This document shows, piece after piece, positions 1 through 9,113 of a stretch of 64,000 nt of DNA; positions within the stretch are counted from its first letter, which is position 1; every line of letters starts with the position of its first letter. The position numbers were made by a program, and so were the translations under genes. The notes beneath the pieces were generated by a model that made no database searches, had not been told where the DNA came from, and worked only from the letters and a program-made list of their open reading frames with translations. Source of the stretch: Synechococcus sp. (GTDB lineage Bacteria; Cyanobacteriota; Cyanobacteriia; Thermostichales; PCC-7336); contig JBFRWN010000017.1 in the NCBI GenBank assembly GCA_051439605.1, forward strand, positions 160,001 through 224,000. Direction: 5' to 3'.

Positions 1-2
1 AA

Positions 3-209
3 CTGGAGCAGTATCAAGTGGCATTTAAGCATGAACGTAGACTCTTGGAAGCCATTAGCAACCTGATTGATGAGGCGATCTCCGAGGACAAGTATGGGGT
101 AGTGGGGTATGCAGATGGAACGATCCTGTTGAAACAATCGGCCCCCAACGATCCGGACCTGCTGCGGCAATGGCAGAACTACCGCGAGCAACTATCTGCA
201 GTCGCATAG
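3..209 (+). CDS. 3' end of a hypothetical protein running in from upstream of the window
   Basis: The frame is open from position 3 (LEQYQVAFKHERR...) to TAG at 207-209. The GTG at 18 is probably internal. Confidence 0.6.
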   Translation: MEQYQVAFKHERRLLEAISNLIDEAISEDKYGVVGYADGTILLKQSAPNDPDLLRQWQNYREQLSAVA

Positions 210-240
210 TTGGGAAGAGTTCAGTTCAGCTATTGAGTTA

Positions 241-362
241 GTGAAAACCATTTTAGTTAAAGCCATTTAAGATGAATTCATTATTAATGAAAGAAATTTT
301 AGATAGTGCTCTTTTTAGCTAAAGCCATTTTAGGCCAAGTTATTTTAGGTAATGCATTGGGG
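241..362. repeat. Degenerate ~15-bp tandem repeat (about 8 units)
   Basis: gtgaaaaccatttta / gttaaagccatttaa / gatgaattcattatt / aatgaaagaaatttta / gatagtgctcttttta / gctaaagccatttta / ggccaagttatttta / ggtaatgcattgggg. Confidence 0.5.
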
Positions 363-564
363 GAAACTCTCCGCAATGGTTTTGGCAGATGACCCGTTCT
401 AGGGCTATTGCTGCAATTGTTTAGATCTATGTCGGAGTACTTCTACGTATCAAACAGAGAAGATTTACGTACAGCAATGTCTAATGTGCTAGGAATACTG
501 AGTTCGCTGAGGGTGAAGACGGGTAACTTCTTTGACATCGATGTCGCTTTCTTTAACCACCACT

Positions 565-1167
565 ATGAAGACGGTTTTGGTAATTGATGATGACCGGGCG
601 ATTGTAACCCTGATCGTTAAGTCACTGGAGCGAAAAAACTATCAAGCCATCGGATGTCTGAATGCCTCTGAGGGCATTGAGCAGGCAATTGCACTGAAAC
701 CAGATCTCATTCTGTGCGATGTGGTGATGCCTGACATATCTGGATACGAGGTGCTCACAATTCTGCGTAGCAACCCTGTGACGCAGTCGATTCCGTTGAT
801 GTTTTTAACCAATAAGACCCACAAACGAGATGTGATGGAGGGCATCTCTTTAGGGGCCGATAACTATCTCAGCAAGCCCATCGATGCAGAATTATTACTG
901 GCCACGGTTGCGGCTCGATTTGCCGATCTCGATGAATCCTCGGTTGTGGAAGGTATGCTGGGCAGACCTGGCATCCATCCTGACCTAATTGAACAGTACC
1001 AAGGTTGGTGGGCAGCTGTAGAGCCCACAACAAACCGCTGTTTTCTGGGCAAGACCCGCGAGATGGCATACAAGTCCGCTTTACGGGCGAATCCCACCGG
1101 AGTTTTTCTGTACCAACAATTGGGCAACAGTACAAACGCTCATACCAATCAAACAGTGTACGCATAG
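565..1167 (+). CDS. Response regulator: receiver domain plus small DUF5678-like C-terminal domain
   Basis: ATG at 565 (MKTVLVIDDD) matches the start of the downstream paralogue. Receiver motifs are present: DDD, LCDVVMP, FLT, LSKP. The C-terminus is YQGWWAAVEP...FLGKTREMAYKSA...P, with no HTH. Confidence 0.85.
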   Translation: MKTVLVIDDDRAIVTLIVKSLERKNYQAIGCLNASEGIEQAIALKPDLILCDVVMPDISGYEVLTILRSNPVTQSIPLMFLTNKTHKRDVMEGISLGADNYLSKPIDAELLLATVAARFADLDESSVVEGMLGRPGIHPDLIEQYQGWWAAVEPTTNRCFLGKTREMAYKSALRANPTGVFLYQQLGNSTNAHTNQTVYA

Positions 1168-1257
1168 CTAGGGTAATTGCGCTATGACTACTGAGAGCGT
1201 TGAGCATGGAAATGGGGAACGTTCTTGAGATAGATTTCGTTTTCTCTCACCTCCCTT

Positions 1258-2445
1258 ATGAAGACGGTTTTGGTAATTGATGATGACCGGGCGATCGTGA
1301 CACTGATCGTGAAGTCGCTAGAGAGGAAAGGCTATCAAGCTATAGGGTGCTGTGGTGCCAGGAAGGGCATCACTCGGGCAATGGTGCTTAAACCAGACCT
1401 CATCCTGTGCGATGTGGTAATGCCTGATATATCGGGTTACGAGGTGCTCACAATTCTGCGCAGCAACCCTGGGACGCAGTCAATTCCGTTGATGTTTTTA
1501 ACTAGCAAGAGTAACCAACGAGATGTGATGGAGGGCCTTGCTTTAGGGGCGGACAACTATCTCAGTAAGCCCATCGATACAGAATTGCTGCTGGCCACGG
1601 TTGCGGCTCGATTTGCCGATCTCGATGAATCCCCTGCCAAGGTAAACAGTTGGAGCAAGCCTGGCATACATCCCGATCTACTTAAGGAATACCAAGGCTG
1701 GTGGGCGGCTTTAGAACCTGAAACGAATCGTTGTTTTCTGGGCAAGACCCGCGAGATGGCATACAAGTCCGCTCTACGGGCAAGTCCCACCGGGCTTTTT
1801 CTGTACCAACAATTGGGCAACGGTCCTCAGAGTAATCCAAAGAAAACAATTTTGGTCATTGATGATGACCAGGCGATCGTGACATTGATCGTGAAATCGC
1901 TAGAGAGACAAGGACATCACGTTATAGGGTGTTGTAGTCCTAAGAAGGGAATCACTTGGGCAATGGTGCTTAAGCCAGACTTGATCCTGTGCGATGTGGT
2001 AATGCCTGAAATCTCGGGTTACGAGGTACTCACAACTCTACGCAGAAACTCTGTAACACGGTCGATTCCATTGATGTTTCTAACCTGCAAGAGTAGCCAG
2101 CGAGATGTGATGGAAGGCCTCGCATTGGGAGCCGACAACTATCTCAGCAAGCCCATCGATACAGAATTGCTGTTGGCCACAGTTGAGGCTCGATTTGCCG
2201 ATCTCGATGATTCCCCTTCTAAGGTAAACAGGGGGAGCAAAGCTGATATCAATCCCGATCTGGTTAAGAAATACCGAGGTTGGTGGGCAGCCGTAGAACC
2301 TGCAACGAATCGCTGTTTTCTTGGGAAGACGCGCGAGATGGCATACAAGTCTGCACTGCGAGCAAATCCCACAGGTGTTTTTCTATACCAAAAATTAGAC
2401 AAAAGTCTTGAGAGTCATCCAAAGAAATCTTTATTCGTAAGGTAG
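1258..2445 (+). CDS. Response regulator with two tandem (receiver + DUF5678-like) modules
   Basis: Two in-frame copies of the module found in the preceding gene; both receivers keep their D/T/K residues. Confidence 0.85.
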   Translation: MKTVLVIDDDRAIVTLIVKSLERKGYQAIGCCGARKGITRAMVLKPDLILCDVVMPDISGYEVLTILRSNPGTQSIPLMFLTSKSNQRDVMEGLALGADNYLSKPIDTELLLATVAARFADLDESPAKVNSWSKPGIHPDLLKEYQGWWAALEPETNRCFLGKTREMAYKSALRASPTGLFLYQQLGNGPQSNPKKTILVIDDDQAIVTLIVKSLERQGHHVIGCCSPKKGITWAMVLKPDLILCDVVMPEISGYEVLTTLRRNSVTRSIPLMFLTCKSSQRDVMEGLALGADNYLSKPIDTELLLATVEARFADLDDSPSKVNRGSKADINPDLVKKYRGWWAAVEPATNRCFLGKTREMAYKSALRANPTGVFLYQKLDKSLESHPKKSLFVR

Positions 2446-2703
2446 GAAAAGTTGTCCCTTACGTCAGGATAAGGGCTTACCCTTCTAGAGTTGAACAAAC
2501 TCTAACAGGTTCCGATTCGGGATGAATTTGAACAGCAGGTACGCAAGCGATTAGGAGTAGCGACAGCCACATCGATTGGAGGATATCTGTGCGATAGCCC
2601 AACTACGGACTCAGGCAGATCCGAGCTGACTTAGTCACGGATATTTTTGTATTGGTCTAGCCTGGTGGAGCCACACAACAAACGCATGGGGTTTATGAAG
2701 AGG

Positions 2704-2814
2704 CTATCCAGAAAACCCGACTGCAATAAATCCAACTGCCCCCAAAATCGACAAAACTGTCAAAACCGCGCCAGCGTTAGGACTACCTTTCCAAGAATAA
2801 TTTTTGTCTTTCAT
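2704..2814 (-). CDS. Putative 36-aa single-pass membrane microprotein
   Basis: Read by hand: MKDKNYSWKGSPNAGAVLTVLSILGAVGFIAVGFSG*. Polar N-terminus followed by a ~20-aa hydrophobic stretch; TACAAT lies ~30 nt upstream. Below the ORF-track cutoff. Confidence 0.4.
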   Translation of the reverse strand: MKDKNYSWKGSPNAGAVLTVLSILGAVGFIAVGFSG

Positions 2815-3106
2815 GAAGCAATAGTGATTTTTATGTTTATAGCTTATTGTACAGGGTTAACCACACAACCATCCGATCGCCCAGGCACTGAGGCCATCTC
2901 AGAGAACGAGACCCCTGACTAGATATAAATCTATTTGTCCTAATTGAGAGGACCGAAGCCATCAGCACTGTAACGGGCCGCTCCTTTCCTTGACACCGCG
3001 CAACGTCCGCTTCTGCCGAGTGCAGTCTGCTAAACAGAAGCGTCCATCAGGCAAAGATGGACGCAGTAACTAATGAAACCTGAGGCAAAATATGCAAGCT
3101 TAAATT

Positions 3107-3820
3107 CTAGTTTTGGCTGATGGTGCTGCCTGCTGCTAAGGGTAGATCGCTGGTCAAGTAAATGTGGCCCAACTGCTTGTCACCATAAACGCGACGGGTC
3201 AGTCTCCAACCAGGATTGAGAACAAAGCGGGTATAACCCGTGCTGCTGACCCCGTAGGTGCGGCCAATCTCAATGGGAGGAGCGGAATAGTCTGTGTTGG
3301 AATAACCACGTAGTAGCAGCTCACCATTTTCCTTGGCTACGCGAATGCTGTAATTCAGCCCCAAATCTCTATCGTTCATGCGAATCGAGTAAGCATTGCT
3401 ATCGGCCATGCGGCCACAAATACCTGTGAAGTCAAACGTCATCAACAGAGGGTCTACTTCAATGGGAGCAGTACCGCTTTCATTCCAGCAGGCTTGTGTA
3501 TCGGATTTTTGCTCCACGATCATGAGCAAATAATCACCGGTTTTTCCCCGAGGGACGGCCATCACCACAAAGTCTTCATCTTCTACCTCGACCTTATCGA
3601 AGATAGATGGCTTGATGGCAGTAGCAGCCGGCCTAGAAGGTGATGCCGGGGCTACTTGAGGTTGAACAGGAACAGGCGAAGCCGGAAGATTGATTTCTGT
3701 GGCATCGCTTGAGCTGGGGGCAGAAAAGTCAAATTCAGAGGCTTTGGCCGTTAGAAATGCACCACTCAAAGATGCAACTGACAGAGTGCAACAGATAGCC
3801 AGTAGTTTGGGGTTAGGCAC
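3107..3820 (-). CDS. DUF3747-domain exported protein
   Basis: Signal peptide, Pro-rich linker and the motif CW.E.G..P..VDPLL..FDFTGICGR..DSN.YSIR. GTG at 3820 is preceded by AGGAGA. Confidence 0.8.
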   Translation of the reverse strand: MPNPKLLAICCTLSVASLSGAFLTAKASEFDFSAPSSSDATEINLPASPVPVQPQVAPASPSRPAATAIKPSIFDKVEVEDEDFVVMAVPRGKTGDYLLMIVEQKSDTQACWNESGTAPIEVDPLLMTFDFTGICGRMADSNAYSIRMNDRDLGLNYSIRVAKENGELLLRGYSNTDYSAPPIEIGRTYGVSSTGYTRFVLNPGWRLTRRVYGDKQLGHIYLTSDLPLAAGSTISQN

Positions 3821-4230
3821 GGTGAGTTCTCCTGGAATATTCATCACATCAACGAGTTCCACTAGAAAGAACTATTTCAAAAATTCTTCCTAATGGGGAG
3901 TGCTAGTTAGCGCATATTTAGGTTCGATAGGTGCCCATTGGTGTGGATCGATGCCGTAGGCTGGCAGAAGACTCAGCAGGCCAAAAAATGAAACCGATTG
4001 AGTCTCTAAGTATTTACTTCTATCACACAACGATAAGTTCGCTACTGTTTATGGCAACTTTAATGGGGAATAAATCGGTGGGTATTGGACTTTAGAACAC
4101 GCTCTGTCATTGTCGGGGAGAGCGGTCGAGCCGATTCCACCTGCTCTGAAATCCCTCTGAAGCTGGCCCAGTGCAATCCTTTCACCTGAACCAATTGGAG
4201 GAGGTGAAATGTCTGCGATCCCAGCAGGAA

Positions 4231-5205
4231 CTAATCGGCGGATCTGGCGATCGCAATTGCCCTGACAGGTGCCGGATATCCTTCAATAGTTTTGCCCGCA
4301 TCGTTGGGATCGAGAAAATCCTTTAGGGAGTGAAAGGTCATCCAGTCTGTCGATCTTTGCTCCGCCATAGTTGTGGGTGTGATATCGGCAATCTTCACTT
4401 TTTGGAAGCCCGCTTTCTGCAGCCACGACCGCAGTCTTTGAGAGGAAGGAATTGTCCAAATATTGCGCATTTGGGCGTAGCGTTTTGCGGGGATAAGCTC
4501 GCGATCTTCTTCTGTATCGAGCACCAGAGTTTCTAAAACCAGCTGGCCCCCTGGAATCAATGCATCCCTAAGCGTGGCGAGATGTTCGAGGGGATCGCGG
4601 CGATGGTAGAGTACCCCCATTGAGAAAACCGTCTCGAAGACCAAGAGCTTTGCAGGGAGTTGTTCTATACCTAATGGCAAGACATAGGCGTTAGGCCCGG
4701 ATAGATACCGGCGCATGGCCGCAAACTGCATAACAGATACCAGTGTTGGGTCCAAACCCACCACCATCTTTGCCCCCGCCCCCAACATTCGCAGAGCGTA
4801 GTAACCGTTGCCGCAGCCCACGTCTAGCACTCTGCGACCTGTTAGAGGCTGTAGGTGGGGCTGAACCCGCTCCCATTTCCAATCCGATCGCCATTCAGTG
4901 TCGATATGAATGCCAAATAGATGGAAGGGTCCTTTACGCCAGGGGTGCAGAGTCTTGAGCTGCTGTGTCAGCAGGTTGCGAGTGCCATCGTCGATATCTT
5001 CCGGGCTACCAATTCTGACAGCTGTTTGCAACTCAATCTGGCTGGGAGACAAATCGGGCAAGCGAGCCACGGTGGACTGCCACTGTTCTAGATTGTGGTT
5101 GCGGGCAGGAGAGAGGGCAGCAGCAATGTCATCGGGTAGGGTTTGTAGCCACGATCGGGCGGGGGAGCTGGTCAACTGGTCGTAAAGCTGAGAATAGCCG
5201 AACAT
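4231..5205 (-). CDS. cmoB: tRNA U34 carboxymethyltransferase CmoB
   Basis: Hallmark motifs PWRKGPF..FGIHIDTEWRSDWKW, VLDVGCGNGYY, FSMGVLYHRRDP, RYAQMRN, EQRSTDWM, TIEGYPAP.RA. Confidence 0.92.
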   Translation of the reverse strand: MFGYSQLYDQLTSSPARSWLQTLPDDIAAALSPARNHNLEQWQSTVARLPDLSPSQIELQTAVRIGSPEDIDDGTRNLLTQQLKTLHPWRKGPFHLFGIHIDTEWRSDWKWERVQPHLQPLTGRRVLDVGCGNGYYALRMLGAGAKMVVGLDPTLVSVMQFAAMRRYLSGPNAYVLPLGIEQLPAKLLVFETVFSMGVLYHRRDPLEHLATLRDALIPGGQLVLETLVLDTEEDRELIPAKRYAQMRNIWTIPSSQRLRSWLQKAGFQKVKIADITPTTMAEQRSTDWMTFHSLKDFLDPNDAGKTIEGYPAPVRAIAIARSAD

Positions 5206-5269
5206 GATGGAACGGTAGAGGGGTGGTTTTGAGTGTAAGACTTAGGGCGATCGCCAAGGAGTCGCAGGG

Positions 5270-6097
5270 GTGGGGCACCATACAGGACCTGAACAGGATA
5301 AGAGCCAAGAACCTCATAGCAGACAAGAACGAGATACCAGATTGCCGCTTCAAGCAAACTCCGCAGCAGGTGCAAGGATATCTAATCTCGAACGAGTGGG
5401 GGATTCGATTGCCTCTACCAATGCGGGCTGGTCGTTTGGGGGCAAAACCAGCGTGAATTTTGAGCAGCATGTACGCCGGTCTGTGCCTCTATACGAAGTT
5501 GGGCACCAACTGATTTTGCAGATCTCTGACTTTTTTCTGGCGGATGGCTCGGTGTGTTACGACCTCGGGTGCGGGACAGGGGAACTGGCAGAACTGCTAG
5601 CCCAGCGGCATGACCAGAAGCAGGTGCAACTGATTGGACTTGATGCTGAGGCAGACATGACACGGCGGGCACATTCACGCTGTCAACCTTACGAAACTAT
5701 CGAGATTCGCTGCGAAGACGCTCTCGACTGCGACTTTTTGGCTTGCGATCTGGTGATTGCCTATTACACGATGCAATTTGTCCGCCCCCAAAACCGACAG
5801 ATGCTATTCAACCGCATCTACAAAGCGCTAAATTGGGGCGGCGGCCTACTGCTATTTGAAAAGGTACGTAGCCCAGATGCCCGCTTTCAGGACATGATGA
5901 CAGCCCTTTACACAGATTTCAAACTGTCCCAAGGGTTTTCTGGGGACGAGATTGTCGCCAAAAGTCGCAGCCTCAAGGGGGTACTGGAACCCTTCTCCAC
6001 CGAGGGTAACTTGGGGTTGCTGAAACGGGCGGGGTTTGAGGATATCACCACTGTTCTGAAATATGTTTGCTTCGAAGGGTTCCTCGCCATCAAGTGA
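5270..6097 (+). CDS. CmoA-like SAM-dependent protein (carboxy-SAM synthase family)
   Basis: F..HVRRSVPLY, YDLGCGTG, YYTMQFV, LLFEKV, FK..QGFS..EI..K...L.GVL, AGF. Divergent from cmoB. The true start may be GTG 5396. Confidence 0.75.
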   Translation: MGHHTGPEQDKSQEPHSRQERDTRLPLQANSAAGARISNLERVGDSIASTNAGWSFGGKTSVNFEQHVRRSVPLYEVGHQLILQISDFFLADGSVCYDLGCGTGELAELLAQRHDQKQVQLIGLDAEADMTRRAHSRCQPYETIEIRCEDALDCDFLACDLVIAYYTMQFVRPQNRQMLFNRIYKALNWGGGLLLFEKVRSPDARFQDMMTALYTDFKLSQGFSGDEIVAKSRSLKGVLEPFSTEGNLGLLKRAGFEDITTVLKYVCFEGFLAIK

Positions 6098-6213
6098 TGG
6101 GTTTCTAGATTGCTTCCAGCAACCGATTGCTTTCCTAAGATTGCTGACTTGACTCTCACTCTCCCAAATGTTCCTCGGCTTGTTAATTCGCGTCTATCCG
6201 CAGCTGATTCACC

Positions 6214-7227
6214 ATGTCTGTTTCTCAGTCCACTCGCACCAGTCCCACCGCTTTCGGCAATCAAGAGACTAACTGTGCGAGTTCTCAAACCTCTGTCACG
6301 ATCGCCACATTCTACAAATTTGCACCACTTGCAGAGCTAGAGGAATTGCGCGATCGCCTACAGCAGTTTTGCAATCGAGAAGCAATTATCGGAACCATAT
6401 TGCTGGCTGACGAGGGCATTAATGGCACGGTAGCGGGGTCGCAACAGGCGATCGATACCTTGCTGAGCCATCTAACTCAGCAGGAAGGGCTGGCGGGACT
6501 CAAGGCAAAGCAATCGGTGGCGGAAGACGTCCCATTTCATCGTCTCAAGGTGAAAGTGAAATCGGAAATTGTCACGATGGGCATTGAAGGTATCGACCCC
6601 GGACAGCGCACAGGCATGCATGTGGATGCCCAGCGATGGAACGAACTGCTGCAGGATCCAGAAGTGCTGACCATCGATACGCGAAACGACTACGAACACC
6701 ACATTGGTACGTTTCAGTCAGCCATTTCCCCCAACACCAAAAATTTTCGCGAATTTCCCCAGTTTGTCGATTGCCATCTCGATCCCCAGCAGCATCGCAA
6801 AATCGCTATGTTCTGCACTGGAGGCATTCGTTGCGAGAAAGCCAGCGCTTACCTTCTAGCGCAGGGTTTTGAGGAGGTGTACCAGCTAGAGGGTGGCATT
6901 CTCAACTATCTAGAGCAGCAGCCAGAGGAATCTCTGTGGCAGGGGGAGTGTTTTGTGTTTGATAGCCGCGTGGCTGTCAATAGCGAGTTGGAGCCAGGCA
7001 GTCACATCATGTGCTTCGGCTGTCGCCGTCCCATCTCCCCAAAAGATTGCCAATCTGAGAAATACGAAGCAGGCGTGTCCTGCCCCCATTGCTACGACAG
7101 CCTTTCTGACAGCCAGCGAGCCAGCTTTAGAGAAAGGTGGCGACAGGAGACGATCGCCCGCGATCGCCAGCAAAAGCACGTGGGAGGAGTGATGCCACGA
7201 ACGCAATCGCGCAGCGACTCGTTGTAA
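6214..7227 (+). CDS. trhO: Oxygen-dependent tRNA uridine(34) hydroxylase TrhO (rhodanese/UPF0176 family)
   Basis: FYKF, GTILLA.EGINGT, F.RLKVK.K.EIVTMG, IDTRNDYE..IGTF, MFCTGGIRCEKA, W.GECFVFD.R, C..CRRP, GVSCPHC. Confidence 0.9.
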   Translation: MSVSQSTRTSPTAFGNQETNCASSQTSVTIATFYKFAPLAELEELRDRLQQFCNREAIIGTILLADEGINGTVAGSQQAIDTLLSHLTQQEGLAGLKAKQSVAEDVPFHRLKVKVKSEIVTMGIEGIDPGQRTGMHVDAQRWNELLQDPEVLTIDTRNDYEHHIGTFQSAISPNTKNFREFPQFVDCHLDPQQHRKIAMFCTGGIRCEKASAYLLAQGFEEVYQLEGGILNYLEQQPEESLWQGECFVFDSRVAVNSELEPGSHIMCFGCRRPISPKDCQSEKYEAGVSCPHCYDSLSDSQRASFRERWRQETIARDRQQKHVGGVMPRTQSRSDSL

Positions 7228-7444
7228 AACTCTGTTGGTTGCATGAACATCTCTAAGGCGGAGCGCTGCTTGAGCGTAACGTAACCGGGGTTAGGGTGCA
7301 GATCGCACCATTTTCAATCTGGCTGGAATGAGTATTGCCGGTTTGCCTGAAATATTGATATCCAATGTTGCTGATTGGCAACGTGCTGGTGACTGATTTG
7401 GTAGGCGGGCTGGAATTATCAGGCAGACTGAATGGCAAGCAACC

Positions 7445-9004
7445 GTGGAGGTTCGAAAAGCATTGGAGCAACGGCAAGCAAGTCCTACCCCCCTTTCCCT
7501 CAAGCGATCGCCCATGGGGTTGTGGGTCGATCGACTGATGGCGATCGTGGTGTTGGTAAACGTGGGCTGGGTGTTTTTCGATCTGACCTACGTGCGCTGG
7601 CGGGATTGGTACGTTCAGTATTTGCCTGCTGTCACCCAGCGGTATGACCCGATAAAGGGAATCGAACCCCACCGAGTCACCGTTCGCTATTTGCAGACGG
7701 TGGACAAACTAGAAGCGGTGTTGATTGCCGAAAGCCCGATTCCAGCGGAGGAGAGTGAAACTGAAGTGAGTGCTTCTGAAGGCGAGACAGCAACTGAAGG
7801 GGGTATTGAGGAGACAGACGTAGGGGAAGGGGCGACCGCAGATGCAGCCGATCCGCTAAATAGTTTGGCAACTCGATTGTTGTTAGATACGTTACGCACC
7901 CAAAGTGTGGAAATGATCGATGACAACCCTTTCGAGCTATCTGAGAGGTTGGGGGCATTCGAGCGGGCCAAAAATCGCATGCGCGAACGCATTGGACAAG
8001 AATCCTCGAAGGTGGCCTTTCAGACCTTTTGGACGGTAGAGCATTTAGAGCAGGAGGGGTGGAAGGAAGGGTTGGACTTCTTCAACCGTCAAATTCGACC
8101 CCAGTTCGATCTCAACTTTTATCGAAGTCTTGATGAGACGGGTCAGTTTGTGGAGGGCTTTTGGAGGATCGATCGCTGGTTCATGGCGGTCTTTCTACTG
8201 GAGTTTTTATTGCGTACCTGGAGGATTTGCCGCCAATACCGTAACGTCAGTTGGCGGGATGCCATGTTGTGGCGGTGGTTCGATATCCCGTTACTACTAC
8301 CTGCTTGGCGCTGGCTGCGGGTGCTTCCCTTGACGGTGCGATGGGGGGAGGCTCGGTTCGTCAACGTGAGTCCCATTCGGCTGCAGGTGGTGCGTGGCGT
8401 CAGCGCCTATCTAGCCACGGAGATGACTGAATTGATAGTTGTACGAATCATCGATCGGGCGCAGGCCAGTATCCGCAGCGGTGAAATCGCCAATCGCCTG
8501 CTGGAAAGTCCCGAGCGACAGGCGTTCATCGATGTCGATGGAGTGGATACGGTTGCTTCGATCGCCGATCGAATCGTGCAGGTGTTGGTGTATCAGGTGA
8601 TTCCGCACATCCAGCCCGAACTGGAAGCACTATTGGTCCACAGCTTGGCGAGCACTTATATCAACACCGTCCTGTACCAAACTTTAAAGAGTTTGCCAGG
8701 GTTTGAGACACTGCCTCAGCAGCTGACGCAGCAAGTGGCGCACCAATTGACTGCGGGGCTGGCTCAAACAACGATCGCCATTGTCGAGGACGAGCAGGGA
8801 CGAGAACTCTACGATCACCTAGTAGAGTCCCTACAGGAGGCGCTACGGCGGGAGTTGACAGACACCCGTACCGTAGAGCCGTTGAAAACCTTATTGGTGG
8901 ACTTACTAGAGGAGGTGAAGCTGAATTACGTGCAACAGATGCAAGAGGAGGATATGGAGCGTTTGTTGCAGGAGGTGTCAGATATTAGAGCCAGATCGGA
9001 ATAG
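7445..9004 (+). CDS. Conserved cyanobacterial membrane protein of unknown function
   Basis: 519-aa ORF with N-terminal and central hydrophobic segments (FDLTYV.WRD, YDPIKGIEPHR.T, WRWFDI.LLLP.WRWLR) and a helical C-terminus. Confidence 0.75.
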   Translation: MEVRKALEQRQASPTPLSLKRSPMGLWVDRLMAIVVLVNVGWVFFDLTYVRWRDWYVQYLPAVTQRYDPIKGIEPHRVTVRYLQTVDKLEAVLIAESPIPAEESETEVSASEGETATEGGIEETDVGEGATADAADPLNSLATRLLLDTLRTQSVEMIDDNPFELSERLGAFERAKNRMRERIGQESSKVAFQTFWTVEHLEQEGWKEGLDFFNRQIRPQFDLNFYRSLDETGQFVEGFWRIDRWFMAVFLLEFLLRTWRICRQYRNVSWRDAMLWRWFDIPLLLPAWRWLRVLPLTVRWGEARFVNVSPIRLQVVRGVSAYLATEMTELIVVRIIDRAQASIRSGEIANRLLESPERQAFIDVDGVDTVASIADRIVQVLVYQVIPHIQPELEALLVHSLASTYINTVLYQTLKSLPGFETLPQQLTQQVAHQLTAGLAQTTIAIVEDEQGRELYDHLVESLQEALRRELTDTRTVEPLKTLLVDLLEEVKLNYVQQMQEEDMERLLQEVSDIRARSE

Positions 9005-9051
9005 GGGCCGATACGCAGTCAAGCTTGAGTTTCTAAATTTCTTAAGTCTCT

Positions 9052-9113
9052 CAAGAGCAATGTTTCTAAGGGCAAAATTTCCAAAGGGTAACGTCTCTAA
9101 CCGGTCTCGTCTC
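9052..9113. repeat. Degenerate 15-16-bp tandem repeat (4 units)
   Basis: caagagcaatgtttc / taagggcaaaatttc / caaagggtaacgtctc / taaccggtctcgtctc. Confidence 0.4.

Noticed and set aside
864..2402. Three similar 87-aa minus-strand ORFs (864-1127, 1557-1820, 2139-2402) suggesting an antisense gene family
   Set aside because: They are shadows of the triplicated plus-strand module; their similarity follows from the DNA duplication.
2506..2635. Protein-like fragment QVPIRDEFEQQVRKRLGVATA
   Set aside because: No start codon or RBS, and too short to assign as a pseudogene with confidence.
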